From Candidatus Dormiibacterota bacterium (GTDB taxonomy: Bacteria; Chloroflexota; Dormibacteria; Aeolococcales; Aeolococcaceae), in assembly GCA_035938875.1 (NCBI GenBank), contig DASZGL010000095.1:34236-98235 (forward strand): DNA of 64,000 nt, read 5' to 3'. Positions 1-10,616 of the stretch are shown piece after piece. Position numbers and translations under genes: made by a program. The notes below the pieces were generated by a model. The model did no database searches. It saw nothing but the letters and a program-made list of their open reading frames with translations, and was not told the DNA's origin. The stretch's first letter is position 1; each line of letters begins with the position of its first letter.

Positions 1-1
1 G

Positions 2-445
2 ACGGCGGCGACGGCGGATGGCGCAATCGTCATCGACGGCGACGAGCAGCTTGGCGCCGCGGTCGCATCCGCTGCTCGCCGTCTCGGCGTGACCGTGGCC
101 CCGGGGAGGGTCGCCACCGTCTCGGAGACACCGGTCACCGAGACCGCGCTGCTGTCCCTCGCCGCTGCCGGCTACGCGGCCATCGACGGAGAAGGCGCCG
201 CCTGGCACGACGCGGCGCGAAAGAGCGGAGCAGTCATGGTCAGCTGTCAGGGCGTGGTCGACGAGCCTCAGGGCGCGGCCGCCGTCGCGCCGGCTTGGGG
301 TCGGGCGACACGCTCGCCGTGGGTGGAGGCGCTTCGCCTGCTCTCGCCACCACGCAGGGCAGCGATGCGACGAGGGGACGCCACCATCGCCGCCGCCGCA
401 GCCGTTGCCGCGCGCTGCGCCGTCACCGCGCTGATCGGAAGCTGA
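2..445 (+). CDS. Possible 5'-truncated CDS (Ala-rich hypothetical protein); the reading frame is open from the window edge, with an internal GTG at 89
   Basis: Frame 2 has no stop from position 2 to the TGA at 443-445, and the track ORF 89..445 is in the same frame. The product is low-complexity and Ala-rich, so it could also be a GC-driven spurious ORF. Confidence 0.3.
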   Translation, partial: TAATADGAIVIDGDEQLGAAVASAARRLGVTVAPGRVATVSETPVTETALLSLAAAGYAAIDGEGAAWHDAARKSGAVMVSCQGVVDEPQGAAAVAPAWGRATRSPWVEALRLLSPPRRAAMRRGDATIAAAAAVAARCAVTALIGS

Positions 446-534
446 GCCGGCGGCGTACCACGACTGGACTGCACACCACCATCCGGCCGCGCCATCATGG
501 CGGCCCACCGCCGGCCATCACCGAGGGTAGTTGA

Positions 535-2541
535 GTGACCGAGCCGACCCCCCTGGATCAGCGCTGCATCGACACCATCAGGGCGCTGGCGATGGACACC
601 GTGCAGAAGGCCAACTCGGGCCATCCCGGCCTTCCGATGGGGTGCTCGGTCATCGCGCACGCGCTGTGGTCGAACCACATGCGTTTCAACCCGCGCGACC
701 CGCACTGGCCCAACCGCGATCGCTTCGTGCTCAGTGCAGGCCACGGCTCGGCGCTGCTCTACATCATGCTCCACCTCTGCGGCTACGACCTGCCGCTGTC
801 GGAGCTGCAGCGATTCCGTCAGCTGCATTCCAAGACGCCGGGGCACCCCGAGTATCGCGACACGCCCGGAGTCGAGGTCACCACCGGCCCTCTCGGTCAG
901 GGATTCGCCAACGGCGTCGGCATGGCGATGGCCAAGCGGCTGGTCGCCAAGCGCTTCAACAGCGATGCCCAGCGCATCATCGATCACCGCATCTACGCCA
1001 TCTGCAGCGACGGCGACGTCATGGAGGGAGTCGCCTCGGAGGCGGCGTCGCTCGCCGGACACCTGCGTCTCGGTGAGCTGGTGTACGTGTACGACGACAA
1101 TCACATCACCCTCGACGGACCCGCCGAGGACACGTTCACCGAGGACGTCGTCGGGCGTTTTGATGCCTATGGCTGGCACACACAACGCATCGACGGACTC
1201 GATCTCGGCGCGGTCAACGCAGCGCTCGATGCCGCCAAGAACGATCCGCGACCCTCGCTCATCGCCGCGCGTACGCACATCGGATGGGGAAGCCCCCACA
1301 AACAGGACACCGCCAAGGCGCACGGCAACCCGCTCGGTGAGGATGAGGTCCGAGCGACCAAGGAGGCGATCGGCTGGCCGCTCGAGCCCACATTCCTCAT
1401 CCCTGACGATGTCCTCGCCCACTACCGCGCTTCGATCGACCGCGGCGCGGGCCTGCAGGGTCAGTGGGAGGATGTGTTCACCGCGTGGCGCCAGGCCAAC
1501 GCCGAGCTGGCACGTGCATGGGACAGTGAGCAGCGCGGCGAACTACCCGACGGGTGGCGCAGCCGGCTGCCGCGTTTCTCCATCGAGGAGCCGGTCTCCA
1601 CGCGCGTCGCCTCGGGCAAGACCATCAACGCGATCGCCCCGCTGGTGCTCAACCTCGTCGGTGGTAGCGCCGACTTGCGTTCATCGAACGAGACGTTCAT
1701 CGAGGGCCACCAGTACTTCACCGCCGACGAGCCGGATCGCAACATCGCCTTCGGGGTGCGTGAGCACGGCATGTGCTCGGCGCTCAACGGGATGTCGGTG
1801 TACGGCGGTCTCCACGTCTATGGAGGGACATTCCTCTGCTTCAGCGACTACGCGCGTCCGGCGATCCGGCTGGCGTCGCTCATGGAGATCCCGGTGACCT
1901 ACGTCTTCACCCACGATTCCATCGGTCTCGGTGAGGACGGACCGACGCATCAGCCGGTGGAACATCACATGGCGCTGCGGGCGATCCCCCACCTCCACGT
2001 CATCCGGCCCGGCGACGCCAACGAGACGGCGATGGCGTGGCGCAGCGCCCTGGAGCGCCGCGATGGGCCGACCCTGCTGGAGCTGACCCGCCAGAAGGTG
2101 CCGGTCTATGCTGAAACCGCCACCGAGGCGGTGTTGCGCGGCGGCTACGTCATGCGCGACTGCGCAGGCACGCCCGAGGTCATCCTCATCGGCACGGGGA
2201 GTGAGCTGCAGCTCGCCGTGGGCGCCGCCGACAGCCTCAACGGCGAGGGCATCCGCGCACGGGTGGTGAGCATGCCCTGCTTCGAGCTCTTCGACGCCCA
2301 GGACGACGGCTACCGCGAGCAGGTCCTGCCCCGCGAGGTGCGAGCTCGGGTGTCAGTCGAGGCGGGGATCACCTTCGGCTGGGAGAAGTACGTCGGTGAG
2401 GACGGTGTCAGCGTCGGCATCAATCGCTTCGGCGCGTCGGCGCCGGACAGGGATGTCTTTGCCAACTTCGGCTTCACCGTCGACAACGTCGTCGCCGCGG
2501 CGCGAACCGCGCTGTCGCGCACCCGCACCGCGGTGCACTGA
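535..2541 (+). CDS. tkt: Transketolase
   Basis: 668 aa with a GTG start. The N-terminus ([30 protein letters not shown]) is the TPP-binding signature, and the middle and C-terminal transketolase domains are present. The gene heads the PPP operon. Confidence 0.95.
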   Translation: MTEPTPLDQRCIDTIRALAMDTVQKANSGHPGLPMGCSVIAHALWSNHMRFNPRDPHWPNRDRFVLSAGHGSALLYIMLHLCGYDLPLSELQRFRQLHSKTPGHPEYRDTPGVEVTTGPLGQGFANGVGMAMAKRLVAKRFNSDAQRIIDHRIYAICSDGDVMEGVASEAASLAGHLRLGELVYVYDDNHITLDGPAEDTFTEDVVGRFDAYGWHTQRIDGLDLGAVNAALDAAKNDPRPSLIAARTHIGWGSPHKQDTAKAHGNPLGEDEVRATKEAIGWPLEPTFLIPDDVLAHYRASIDRGAGLQGQWEDVFTAWRQANAELARAWDSEQRGELPDGWRSRLPRFSIEEPVSTRVASGKTINAIAPLVLNLVGGSADLRSSNETFIEGHQYFTADEPDRNIAFGVREHGMCSALNGMSVYGGLHVYGGTFLCFSDYARPAIRLASLMEIPVTYVFTHDSIGLGEDGPTHQPVEHHMALRAIPHLHVIRPGDANETAMAWRSALERRDGPTLLELTRQKVPVYAETATEAVLRGGYVMRDCAGTPEVILIGTGSELQLAVGAADSLNGEGIRARVVSMPCFELFDAQDDGYREQVLPREVRARVSVEAGITFGWEKYVGEDGVSVGINRFGASAPDRDVFANFGFTVDNVVAAARTALSRTRTAVH

Positions 2542-2552
2542 GGAGAACGCGA

Positions 2553-5348
2553 GTGGCTGGCAACCCGCTGCAACAGCTCGCAGAGCGCGGGCAGAGCGTC
2601 TGGCTCGACTTCATCAACCGTGAGCTGGTCACCGGCGACAGGCTGCAGACGCTCATCGACAACGACAACGTCACCGGGATGACGAGCAACCCCACCATCT
2701 TCGAGAAGGCCATCGGCGAGGGCAGCGACTACGACGAGCAGATCCGCCAGCTGGTCGGCGCCGGGGTCACCGGCCCCGACGACCTCTTCATCGAGCTGTC
2801 GGTCAGTGACATCCAGCACGCCGCCGACATCCTTCGGCCCATCTTCGACCGCACCGCTGGTGGTGATGGCTTCGTCAGCGTCGAGGTCTCGCCGCACCTG
2901 GCCCACGACACCGAGGCGACCGTCGCCGCGGCGAACTACCTCTGGGAGCGCGTCGAGCGTCCCAACGTGATGGTGAAGATCCCGGCCACGCCCGAGGGCA
3001 TCCCCGCGATCCAGCGCTGCATCAGCGCGGGGCTCAACATCAACGTCACCCTGATCTTCGCGCTGGCAGCGTACGAAGCGGTCGCCGAGGCGTACATCAG
3101 CGGCTTGGAGAATCGTGCCGCCGACGGCAAGCCGCTGAGCAACCGCTCGGTGGCGTCGTTCTTCGTCAGCCGCGTCGACACCGCCGTGGACAAGCTTCTC
3201 GAGGAGAAGCTCGCCGCCAAGCCCGGCGATCCCGAGCTGACCTCGCTTCTCGGCAAAGCGGGAATCGCCAACTCGGTGCTCGCCTACGAGAAGTTCGAGG
3301 AGCTCTTCAGTGGCGAGCGCTTCGCCAGGCTTCGCGAGAACGGAGCCGCGGTGCAGCGCATGCTCTGGGCGAGCACCAGCTCCAAGAATCCCAAGTATCG
3401 CGACGTCTACATCGCCGAGGCGCTGGTCGGTCCCAACACCATCGACACCATGCCGCCGGCGGTCATCGAGGCATTCGCCGACCACGGCCGCGTCGACGGT
3501 GACACGGTGAGGTCCGACTACGCCGGCGCCCACCGCGTCCTCGAACGGCTTGCCGCGGTGGGCATCGACATCGACAAGGTGACCCAGCAGCTGCTCGACG
3601 CCGGCGTGGCCTCGTTCGGCGATTCCTACGACCAGCTGGTGCGCACCATCGCCATCAAGGCCGACGCGATGCACGGAGGTTTCGCCTCGCGGCAACGCCT
3701 CGACCTCGGCGACCTGACCGACGCGGTGTACCGTGCCGCGGCCGCCGCCTCTGCGGACGGCGTGGTGCGACGGATCTGGGAGCGCGACCCCGACCTCTGG
3801 AAGCCAGGCGACGCAGCGCATGCGGCGGAGATACGCATCCGCCTGGGCTGGCTCGACGTCGTCGACACCATGCGTCAGCAGGTGGGCGCGCTCACGTCTT
3901 TCGCCGCGGAGATTCGTGACGCGGGCATCCGCGATGTGGTGCTGCTCGGCATGGGCGGCAGCAGTCTCTGCCCCGAGGTACTGCGCACCTCGTTCGCCAG
4001 CGCCCCGGGCTATCCCACGCTCCACGTGCTCGACACCACCGATCCCGCAGCCATCGCTGCCACGACCAGCGCCATCGACGCGCGGCGCTCCCTGTTCATC
4101 GTCGCCAGCAAGTCAGGCGGGACGGTGGAGACGCTGTCGCACTTCGCCCACTTCTGGGACGTGGTGAGCAGCGCCGGCGTGGACAAGCCGGGCGATGCCT
4201 TCGTCGCCATCACCGATCCCGGAACGTCGTTGGTCACCCTGGCGCAGCAGCACAGCTTCAGGCGCATCTTCGAGAACCCGCCCGACATCGGCGGTCGCTA
4301 CTCGGCGCTGTCCTACTTCGGCCTGGTGCCCGGCGCGCTCCTGGGCATCGACGTCGCCGCCCTGCTCGAGCGGGCTCGCGCCATGGCCCGACAGTGCGCC
4401 GCAGCCGTGCATCCCAGCGTCAACTGCGGGCTGGTGCTGGGCACCGCGATGGGGCTCTGCTGGCAACGGGGCCGCGACAAGGTGACCATTCTCGCCACGT
4501 CGCGAATTGCTGCGTTCAGCCTCTGGGCCGAGCAGCTCATCGCCGAGAGCACCGGCAAGGAGGGCAAGGGCATCGTGCCCATCGGCGCCGAACCCATCGG
4601 CGAACCCGGCGTCTACGGCGACGATCGCCTCTTCGTCGTGCTCCGTCTCGGCGACGACCCCGACTTCGACCGCCGCGTCGACGCGCTGCGAGCTGCCGGA
4701 CAACCGATGATCACGCTGGAGCTCGACGACCTCCTCGACCTCGGCGCGGAGTTCTTCCGCTGGGAGTTCGCCACCGCCGTCGCCGGAGCAACGCTGCAGA
4801 TCGATCCGTTCGACCAGCCCAACGTCCAGGAGTCGAAGGACAACACCAGGCGTCTGCTCGACGCCTTCGAGCGTGACGGCAAACTGCCGCCGGTGGCGTC
4901 GCCGACAGCCCCGAACGCCGATCGCCTCGCTGAGCTGCTCAGCGAGGTCAACCCGTCGGACTACGTCGCGCTCATGGCGTACGTGACACCGACGGCTGAC
5001 AACGAGACAGCGCTGCAGCAGCTTCGCGTCGCCATCCGTGATCGCTACCGCGTCTCCACCACGCTGGGATTCGGGCCGCGCTTCCTGCACAGCACCGGGC
5101 AGCTGCACAAGGGTGGTCCCAACACCGGCGTATACGTCCAGGTCACTGTCGACGATTCCGTCGATGTCGCCATCCCCGGTCAGCGGTACACGTTCGCGAC
5201 GCTGAAGCGAGCGCAGGCGCAAGGCGACCTGGAGTCGCTACACGCGCACAACCGCCGCGCCGTGGGCTTGCACATCGTCGGTGATCTCGCCGCGGAGCTG
5301 CGCGCGCTTGCGTCGGGCGTCAGTGCCACAACGGGGGTTGCACACTGA
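2553..5348 (+). CDS. tal-pgi: Bifunctional transaldolase / glucose-6-phosphate isomerase (Tal-Pgi fusion)
   Basis: 931 aa with a GTG start after an AGGAGA Shine-Dalgarno. The N-terminal ~360 aa is transaldolase (TGMTSNPTIFEKAIG), and the C-terminal ~570 aa is a PGI/SIS domain (VVLLGMGGSSLCPEV, FIVASKSGGTVETL). Confidence 0.9.
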   Translation: MAGNPLQQLAERGQSVWLDFINRELVTGDRLQTLIDNDNVTGMTSNPTIFEKAIGEGSDYDEQIRQLVGAGVTGPDDLFIELSVSDIQHAADILRPIFDRTAGGDGFVSVEVSPHLAHDTEATVAAANYLWERVERPNVMVKIPATPEGIPAIQRCISAGLNINVTLIFALAAYEAVAEAYISGLENRAADGKPLSNRSVASFFVSRVDTAVDKLLEEKLAAKPGDPELTSLLGKAGIANSVLAYEKFEELFSGERFARLRENGAAVQRMLWASTSSKNPKYRDVYIAEALVGPNTIDTMPPAVIEAFADHGRVDGDTVRSDYAGAHRVLERLAAVGIDIDKVTQQLLDAGVASFGDSYDQLVRTIAIKADAMHGGFASRQRLDLGDLTDAVYRAAAAASADGVVRRIWERDPDLWKPGDAAHAAEIRIRLGWLDVVDTMRQQVGALTSFAAEIRDAGIRDVVLLGMGGSSLCPEVLRTSFASAPGYPTLHVLDTTDPAAIAATTSAIDARRSLFIVASKSGGTVETLSHFAHFWDVVSSAGVDKPGDAFVAITDPGTSLVTLAQQHSFRRIFENPPDIGGRYSALSYFGLVPGALLGIDVAALLERARAMARQCAAAVHPSVNCGLVLGTAMGLCWQRGRDKVTILATSRIAAFSLWAEQLIAESTGKEGKGIVPIGAEPIGEPGVYGDDRLFVVLRLGDDPDFDRRVDALRAAGQPMITLELDDLLDLGAEFFRWEFATAVAGATLQIDPFDQPNVQESKDNTRRLLDAFERDGKLPPVASPTAPNADRLAELLSEVNPSDYVALMAYVTPTADNETALQQLRVAIRDRYRVSTTLGFGPRFLHSTGQLHKGGPNTGVYVQVTVDDSVDVAIPGQRYTFATLKRAQAQGDLESLHAHNRRAVGLHIVGDLAAELRALASGVSATTGVAH

Positions 5349-6283
5349 TGGAGATCGGATTCGTCGGTCTGGGCCGCATGGGCGGCAACATGGTGCACCG
5401 CCTGCGCCGCGACGGCGACCACCGCGTGGTCGCCTACGACCCCAACGCTGCGGCGCGTGACGCCGTCACTGCGTTCGGTGCAACCGCCGTCGCCAGCCTC
5501 GAGGAGCTGGCGGGCACGCTGTCCGCGCCGCGCGCGGTGTGGATCATGGTGCCCTCGGGCGAGATCACCGAACGCACCATCGCGTCGCTGCTCGACCTGC
5601 TCGGCAGCGACGACACCATCATCGACGGTGGCAACAGCAAGTTCACCGACAGCATCGCTCACGGTGAGCGCTGCAAGGCCAAGGGTGTCAACTTCATCGA
5701 CGCCGGCACCAGCGGGGGTATCTGGGGTCTGCAGGTCGGCTACTGCCTCATGGCCGGCGGCGAAAAGGCCGCAATCGATCGCCTGCGGCCGATCTTCGAA
5801 ACGCTGGCCCCGCCTGACGGGTTCCTGCACGTCGGCCCGGTCGGGTCGGGACATTACGTCAAGATGGTCCACAACGGCATCGAGTACTCGATGCTCCAGG
5901 CCTACGCGGAAGGCTTCGACATCCTCGACTCCTGCCAGTTCGACCTCGACCTGCACGCCATCGCCCACCTGTGGAACCAGGGCAGCGTGGTGCGCTCGTG
6001 GTTGCTCGAGCTCGCTGAGCGGGCGTTCGACCGCGATCCCAAGCTCAGCCGCATCCGCGGCTACGTCGAGGACTCCGGCGAGGGTCGCTGGACACTGGAG
6101 CAGGCGATCGACCTGCGCGTCCCCGCACCGGCGCTGGCGATGTCGCTCTTTGCCCGCTTCGACTCGCGGCGTGACGACAGCTTCGGCAACAAGGTGATCG
6201 CCGCGCTGCGCAACGAGTTCGGCGGACACGCGGTCAAGGCCGAGGAGGCAGCAGCCGGCGACGGCGTCAAGGCGGCGCCGTGA
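5348..6283 (+). CDS. gnd: 6-phosphogluconate dehydrogenase (decarboxylating), short YqeC-like form
   Basis: 311 aa with a MEIGFVGLGRMGGNMVHRL Rossmann N-terminus and a 6PGDH C-terminal domain. TGATG overlap with tal-pgi. Confidence 0.85.
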   Translation: MEIGFVGLGRMGGNMVHRLRRDGDHRVVAYDPNAAARDAVTAFGATAVASLEELAGTLSAPRAVWIMVPSGEITERTIASLLDLLGSDDTIIDGGNSKFTDSIAHGERCKAKGVNFIDAGTSGGIWGLQVGYCLMAGGEKAAIDRLRPIFETLAPPDGFLHVGPVGSGHYVKMVHNGIEYSMLQAYAEGFDILDSCQFDLDLHAIAHLWNQGSVVRSWLLELAERAFDRDPKLSRIRGYVEDSGEGRWTLEQAIDLRVPAPALAMSLFARFDSRRDDSFGNKVIAALRNEFGGHAVKAEEAAAGDGVKAAP

Positions 6284-7860
6284 GCGAGGCGGCGACAACC
6301 AACCCATCGGCCGGCACGGTCGAGGTCAATCCGCTCCGCGAGGGGCTGCGGCTCGATCGCACGCCGCTACCCTGCGCGGTGGTCATCTTCGGAGCCAGCG
6401 GCGACCTGACCAAACGCAAGCTGGTGCCCGCGCTGTACGCGCTCAGTCACGACGGTCTGCTGCCCCAGGGCTTCACCGTGATCGGGGCGGGCCGGACCGC
6501 CATGTCCGATGACGAGTGGCGGCAGGCGATGCGCGACGGCGTCGAGAAACACGGCCGCATCCCTCTGAAAGAAGCGGTGTGGAGCAGCTTCTCCGAGGGG
6601 CTGCGCTACGCAGCTGTCGATTTCGACGCTGCCGACGGATTCGACCACCTCAAGCACCGTCTCCAGGAGGCTGACGGCGAGCGGGGCACAATGGGGAACC
6701 GCGTCTACTACCTCAGCGTTCCCCCCAGCGCCATCGGCCCCTACGCGAGCCGGCTCGGTGCCGAGGGACTGAGCACAGCACCCGACGTCCCCGGGGGCTT
6801 CGCGCGGCTCATCGTGGAGAAGCCCTTCGGACGCAACCTGGAGACGGGCCGAGCGCTCAACACCGAGCTGCACCACGCCTTCGCCGAGGAGCAGATCTAT
6901 CGCATCGACCACTACCTGGGGAAGGAGACGGTGCAGAACCTGCTCGTCTTCCGCTTCGCCAACGGCATCTTCGAGCCGATCTGGAACCGGCAGTACATCG
7001 ACCACGTGCAGATCACCGTGGCCGAGGCGATCGGCGTCGAGGGACGCGGCGCCTACTACGAGGAGTCGGGGGCGCTGCGCGACATCGTGCAGAACCACAT
7101 CATGCAGCTGGCGGCGGTGGTGGGCATGGAGGCACCGGCCAATTTCGCAGCGGAGACGGTACGCGACGAGAAGGTGAAGTTGCTCCGCGCCATCAGACCG
7201 ATCGACCCAGACCGGGTGCTGGAGAACACCATCCGCGGGCAGTACACCGAGGGATGGGTCGACGGCGAGAAGGTCATTGCCTACCGCGAGGAACGCGGCG
7301 TGCACCCTGATTCTCTGCGCGAGACGTTCGTCGCCGTGAAGCTCGACATCGACAATTGGCGGTGGGCGGGGACACCCTTCTACCTGCGCACCGGGAAACG
7401 CATGCCGCGTCGGGCCACGGAGATTGCCATCCAGTTCCGCCGTGTCCCCCACTCGCCATTCGCCGGGACGCAGGCGAGTGGTGGCATCGATCCCAACATG
7501 CTGGTGCTGCGCATCCAGCCCGACGAGGGCATCACCTTGCGCTTCGGCGCCAAGGTGCCGGGTCAGTCGCTGCGCCTGCGCAGCGTCAACATGGACTTCC
7601 TCTACGGCAGCGCGTTTCTCACCGAGTCCCCTGAGGCGTACGAGCGGCTGCTGCTCGACTGCATGCTCGGCGACGCCACCCTCTTCATCCGTGAAGACGA
7701 GGTCGACGAGGCCTGGCGCGTCTGCACCGCCATTCTCGACGGCTGGCGGGCTCATCCCCCCGCCGCGGCTCAGTGTGCCAACTACGAGGCCGGGACATGG
7801 GGACCGCAGGAGGCTCACGATTTCATGGCCCGAGATGGACGCACCTGGCGCCGCCTGTAA
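6280..7860 (+). CDS. zwf: Glucose-6-phosphate 1-dehydrogenase
   Basis: 526 aa. VVIFGASGDLTKRKLVPALYAL is the NADP-binding motif, and RIDHYLGKE is the G6PD active-site motif. The GTG start overlaps the gnd stop (GTGA). Confidence 0.95.
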   Translation: MSEAATTNPSAGTVEVNPLREGLRLDRTPLPCAVVIFGASGDLTKRKLVPALYALSHDGLLPQGFTVIGAGRTAMSDDEWRQAMRDGVEKHGRIPLKEAVWSSFSEGLRYAAVDFDAADGFDHLKHRLQEADGERGTMGNRVYYLSVPPSAIGPYASRLGAEGLSTAPDVPGGFARLIVEKPFGRNLETGRALNTELHHAFAEEQIYRIDHYLGKETVQNLLVFRFANGIFEPIWNRQYIDHVQITVAEAIGVEGRGAYYEESGALRDIVQNHIMQLAAVVGMEAPANFAAETVRDEKVKLLRAIRPIDPDRVLENTIRGQYTEGWVDGEKVIAYREERGVHPDSLRETFVAVKLDIDNWRWAGTPFYLRTGKRMPRRATEIAIQFRRVPHSPFAGTQASGGIDPNMLVLRIQPDEGITLRFGAKVPGQSLRLRSVNMDFLYGSAFLTESPEAYERLLLDCMLGDATLFIREDEVDEAWRVCTAILDGWRAHPPAAAQCANYEAGTWGPQEAHDFMARDGRTWRRL

Positions 7861-7866
7861 GCGTCG

Positions 7867-8910
7867 GTGATGGCCACAACCACCGACTCCGGCCTGGTCC
7901 GCACCGCGCACGCCAGCGGCCTCCACGCCGTCACTCGCGAGCTCAACGAGCTGCACCGCGCAATGCTCCGCGTCGGCGGCGACGACCAGGCGGTGCGGCT
8001 CTCGGTGCTGACCCTGGTGGTGGCCTGTGTCGACGGGGCCTGGGCCGACGTCGCCGCTGATGTCGTCGCCCTGATCGCCGCTCGTGCGCCGGCGCGAGCC
8101 ATTGTCGTCGTCGCCGACCGCAACGCCGCGCCGCACATCGAGGCCGACCTCAGCCTGCAGTGCTCGGCGGTCAGTGGCCGTCAGCAGGTGTGCGCTGAGC
8201 TGGTCCGCATCCACGTCGGTGGCGAAACCGCGCTCCACCTCGGCAGCGTGGTGACACCGCTGCTGCTCGCCGACGTGCCCATGTATCTCTGGCTCGCCGG
8301 GGCTCCGCCGCTGGAACAGGCGCTGCACTCGTCCTCGCTCGAGCAGTGCGAGCGGCTCATCCTCGACAGCAGCCTCTATCCCGACACCGAGGGCACGCTG
8401 TCGGCCATCGCCACCGCTGTGCGCGGACGCGAGCACGCCGTGCCCGTCGCCGACCTCGCCTGGGCGCGCACGGTGCAGTGGCGAGAGCAGATCGCGCGCT
8501 CCTTCGACCGCCCCGAGATCCGTCCCTTCGTCGGCGATGTCGAGGACGTCGCGGTGCGCAGCGAGGCAGCGCCGCCGCCGGGGGCCAGCGAGGGCAGGCT
8601 GATCGCCGGCTGGCTGCGGTCGAGGTTGGGACGCCGCCTCGGCCGGCTCACGCTGTCCGGCGGCGACGGCCCCGTGGCGTCGGTCGAGCTACGGTGCCGC
8701 CACCACGGCGCGCGCGCCACGGTGAGCGAGCGCCGCGCACAGGACATGCTGGTCACCGACGTCAGCATCGACGGGACCGAGTTGCCGCAGTCCCGAGTCC
8801 CGGCAGAGATCCCCGAGCTCGCCGGCATGGTCGGCTCGCTCATCGAGCAGCCCAGCGAGCCCATCTATGCCGCGGCCCTGCGCGACGCCGTGCATCCGGA
8901 GAGAACGTGA
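7867..8910 (+). CDS. opcA: Glucose-6-phosphate dehydrogenase assembly protein OpcA
   Basis: 347 aa located immediately after zwf, which is the conserved actinobacterial and cyanobacterial zwf-opcA arrangement. Confidence 0.75.
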   Translation: MMATTTDSGLVRTAHASGLHAVTRELNELHRAMLRVGGDDQAVRLSVLTLVVACVDGAWADVAADVVALIAARAPARAIVVVADRNAAPHIEADLSLQCSAVSGRQQVCAELVRIHVGGETALHLGSVVTPLLLADVPMYLWLAGAPPLEQALHSSSLEQCERLILDSSLYPDTEGTLSAIATAVRGREHAVPVADLAWARTVQWREQIARSFDRPEIRPFVGDVEDVAVRSEAAPPPGASEGRLIAGWLRSRLGRRLGRLTLSGGDGPVASVELRCRHHGARATVSERRAQDMLVTDVSIDGTELPQSRVPAEIPELAGMVGSLIEQPSEPIYAAALRDAVHPERT

Positions 8911-9644
8911 GCGGCGGCCTGGGCGGAGCGCTGCGCGTCGCCGCCGACGCCGAGAAGGTCGCCGCCGAGGCTGCCCGGTGGCTGGCCGCTGAGTCGCGCG
9001 ACGTGCGCACCAGACCGGACCGATTCAGCATCGCTCTTGCCGGCGGCAGCACGCCACGCACGCTCTACCAGCTGCTGGCGACCCCGCCGTACCGCGACAC
9101 CATGGACTGGCGCGCCTGGGACGTCTTCTTCATCGACGAGCGCGCCGCACCACCAGACGATCCGCGGAGCAATTACCGCATTGCCAGCGACGCGGTACTC
9201 CAACACGTCGACATCGATCCCGGCCACGTCCATCGCATGGAAGCTGAGCGCGCCGATATCGATGCTGCAGCCTTGGAGTATTCGCAACTCCTGGCTAATA
9301 CTCTGCCACCGGGGCCGCGAGGTGCCCCTCGACTCGACGTCGTGCTCCTGGGGTTGGGCGAGAACGGCCACGTGGCCTCACTGTTCCCTGGAACGCCCGC
9401 GCTGCAGGTGACCGACGCCTGGGCGACGCACGGGGTCGCCGACTACGCGCCGTTCGAACGCATCACCCTGACCTTCCCCACCATCAACGCCGCGGCCGCG
9501 GTCGCCTTTCTCGTCGTCGGAGCCGCCAAGGGTGATGCGCTTCGCCAGACGCTCGCCGGCACCGTGCCCGCGGCCCGGGTACGCCCTCTCGATGGTGACC
9601 TCGTCTGGTTCCTCGACGACGACGCCGCCGGCGAGCTGCCATGA
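8907..9644 (+). CDS. pgl: 6-phosphogluconolactonase
   Basis: Start set at the in-frame GTG 8907 (GTGA overlap with opcA). Motifs include FSIALAGGSTPRTLYQLLA, WDVFFIDER and LLGLGENGHVASLFPG. Confidence 0.9.
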   Translation: MSGGLGGALRVAADAEKVAAEAARWLAAESRDVRTRPDRFSIALAGGSTPRTLYQLLATPPYRDTMDWRAWDVFFIDERAAPPDDPRSNYRIASDAVLQHVDIDPGHVHRMEAERADIDAAALEYSQLLANTLPPGPRGAPRLDVVLLGLGENGHVASLFPGTPALQVTDAWATHGVADYAPFERITLTFPTINAAAAVAFLVVGAAKGDALRQTLAGTVPAARVRPLDGDLVWFLDDDAAGELP

Positions 9645-9865
9645 CGGCAGCCACCGACCGCCGCCGCAACCGTTCTCGCCGCCAGCCGCTGATGCCTGAG
9701 GCAGCGGCCAACCCGGCGACGGTGACGCCGCGCCGCTCGCTGACCCAGCCGCAGAGGGCGGAGCTCTACGACGGGCACCTCAGCGCCGAGTGCTCGATCC
9801 GCTTCAACGGCGCGCCGGCGTGCCCGGCGTGTCTCGGCCGAGACCTTCGCCAGCGCCTCGGCTGA
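9641..9865 (+). CDS. Small hypothetical protein (74 aa) translationally coupled to pgl, with a C-x7-CPAC cysteine cluster
   Basis: ATGA overlap with the pgl stop. The product is basic and Pro/Arg-rich, with ECSIRFNGAPACPACLG near the C-terminus. There is no other support. Confidence 0.3.
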   Translation: MTAATDRRRNRSRRQPLMPEAAANPATVTPRRSLTQPQRAELYDGHLSAECSIRFNGAPACPACLGRDLRQRLG

Positions 9866-9911
9866 CGTCGCTGCCGCCGCCGGGCGCCGGCGGCGATGGC
9901 ATCATCCGCGG

Positions 9912-10616
9912 GTGCCTCGATCGACGTGGCCACGGTGTCGCGACGCCGTCGTCCTCGCTCCCAGCATCCTCGCCGCTGACTTCGGCCGTCTCGCCGAGGC
10001 GGTCCATGCCCTGCAGGGCAGCGGCGCCGAGCGCATCCACGTCGACGTCATGGACGGCATCTTCGTCCCCAACTTCACCTTCGGCACCGACACGGTCAGG
10101 GCACTGCGCCGAGAGACCGACCTGCCTCTTGAGCTCCACCTGATGATCATCGAGCCCGATCGCCATCTCGAGTCCTTCGCCAGCGCTGGGGCCGACGGCA
10201 TCACCGTCCACTACGAGGCGTGCCCGCACCTCCACCGCACGCTGACCAGCATCCGCGCCCTCGACTGCCGGTCCGGCGCCGCGATCAACCCGAGCACGCC
10301 GGCCTCGGACCTCGACGACGTCCTCGAGGCCTGCGACCTGGCGCTGGTGATGACCATCGATCCCGGGTTCGGCGGTCAGCAGCTGATCGGGCGCACCTTG
10401 CGCAAGGTCGACCGGGTGCGCGGCGAAATCGACCGCCAAGGGCTGGACACCGAGGTCGAGGTCGACGGCGGCGTGGATACGGACAACGCCCGGGCCTGCG
10501 TCGACGCCGGAGCCTCGGTGCTGGTAGCCGGCACGGCGGTGTTCGGCCATCCGGGCGGCCCCGCGGCCGGGGGCCGATCTGTGCTCGAAGCGGCGGGGAT
10601 GCCCCCGCCCGGCTGA
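9912..10616 (+). CDS. rpe: Ribulose-phosphate 3-epimerase
   Basis: 234 aa with motifs APSILAADFGRLAEAV, HVDVMDGIFVPNFTFG and MTIDPGFGGQ. Confidence 0.92.
   Translation: MPRSTWPRCRDAVVLAPSILAADFGRLAEAVHALQGSGAERIHVDVMDGIFVPNFTFGTDTVRALRRETDLPLELHLMIIEPDRHLESFASAGADGITVHYEACPHLHRTLTSIRALDCRSGAAINPSTPASDLDDVLEACDLALVMTIDPGFGGQQLIGRTLRKVDRVRGEIDRQGLDTEVEVDGGVDTDNARACVDAGASVLVAGTAVFGHPGGPAAGGRSVLEAAGMPPPG

Noticed and set aside
268-1422. 384-aa minus-strand ORF, plus several plus-strand alternative-frame ORFs at 295-1897
   Set aside because: They are antisense or out-of-frame within the clearly conserved transketolase gene. They are low-complexity Arg/Ala/Pro-rich artefacts of 70% GC.
2310-4025. 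571-aa minus-strand ORF, plus 4113-5222 (-) and 5180-6307 (-)
   Set aside because: They are antisense to tal-pgi and gnd. No motifs are present, and they show typical high-GC shadow-ORF composition.
6367-8436. 689-aa minus-strand ORF
   Set aside because: It is antisense to zwf and opcA, which are strongly supported by motifs.
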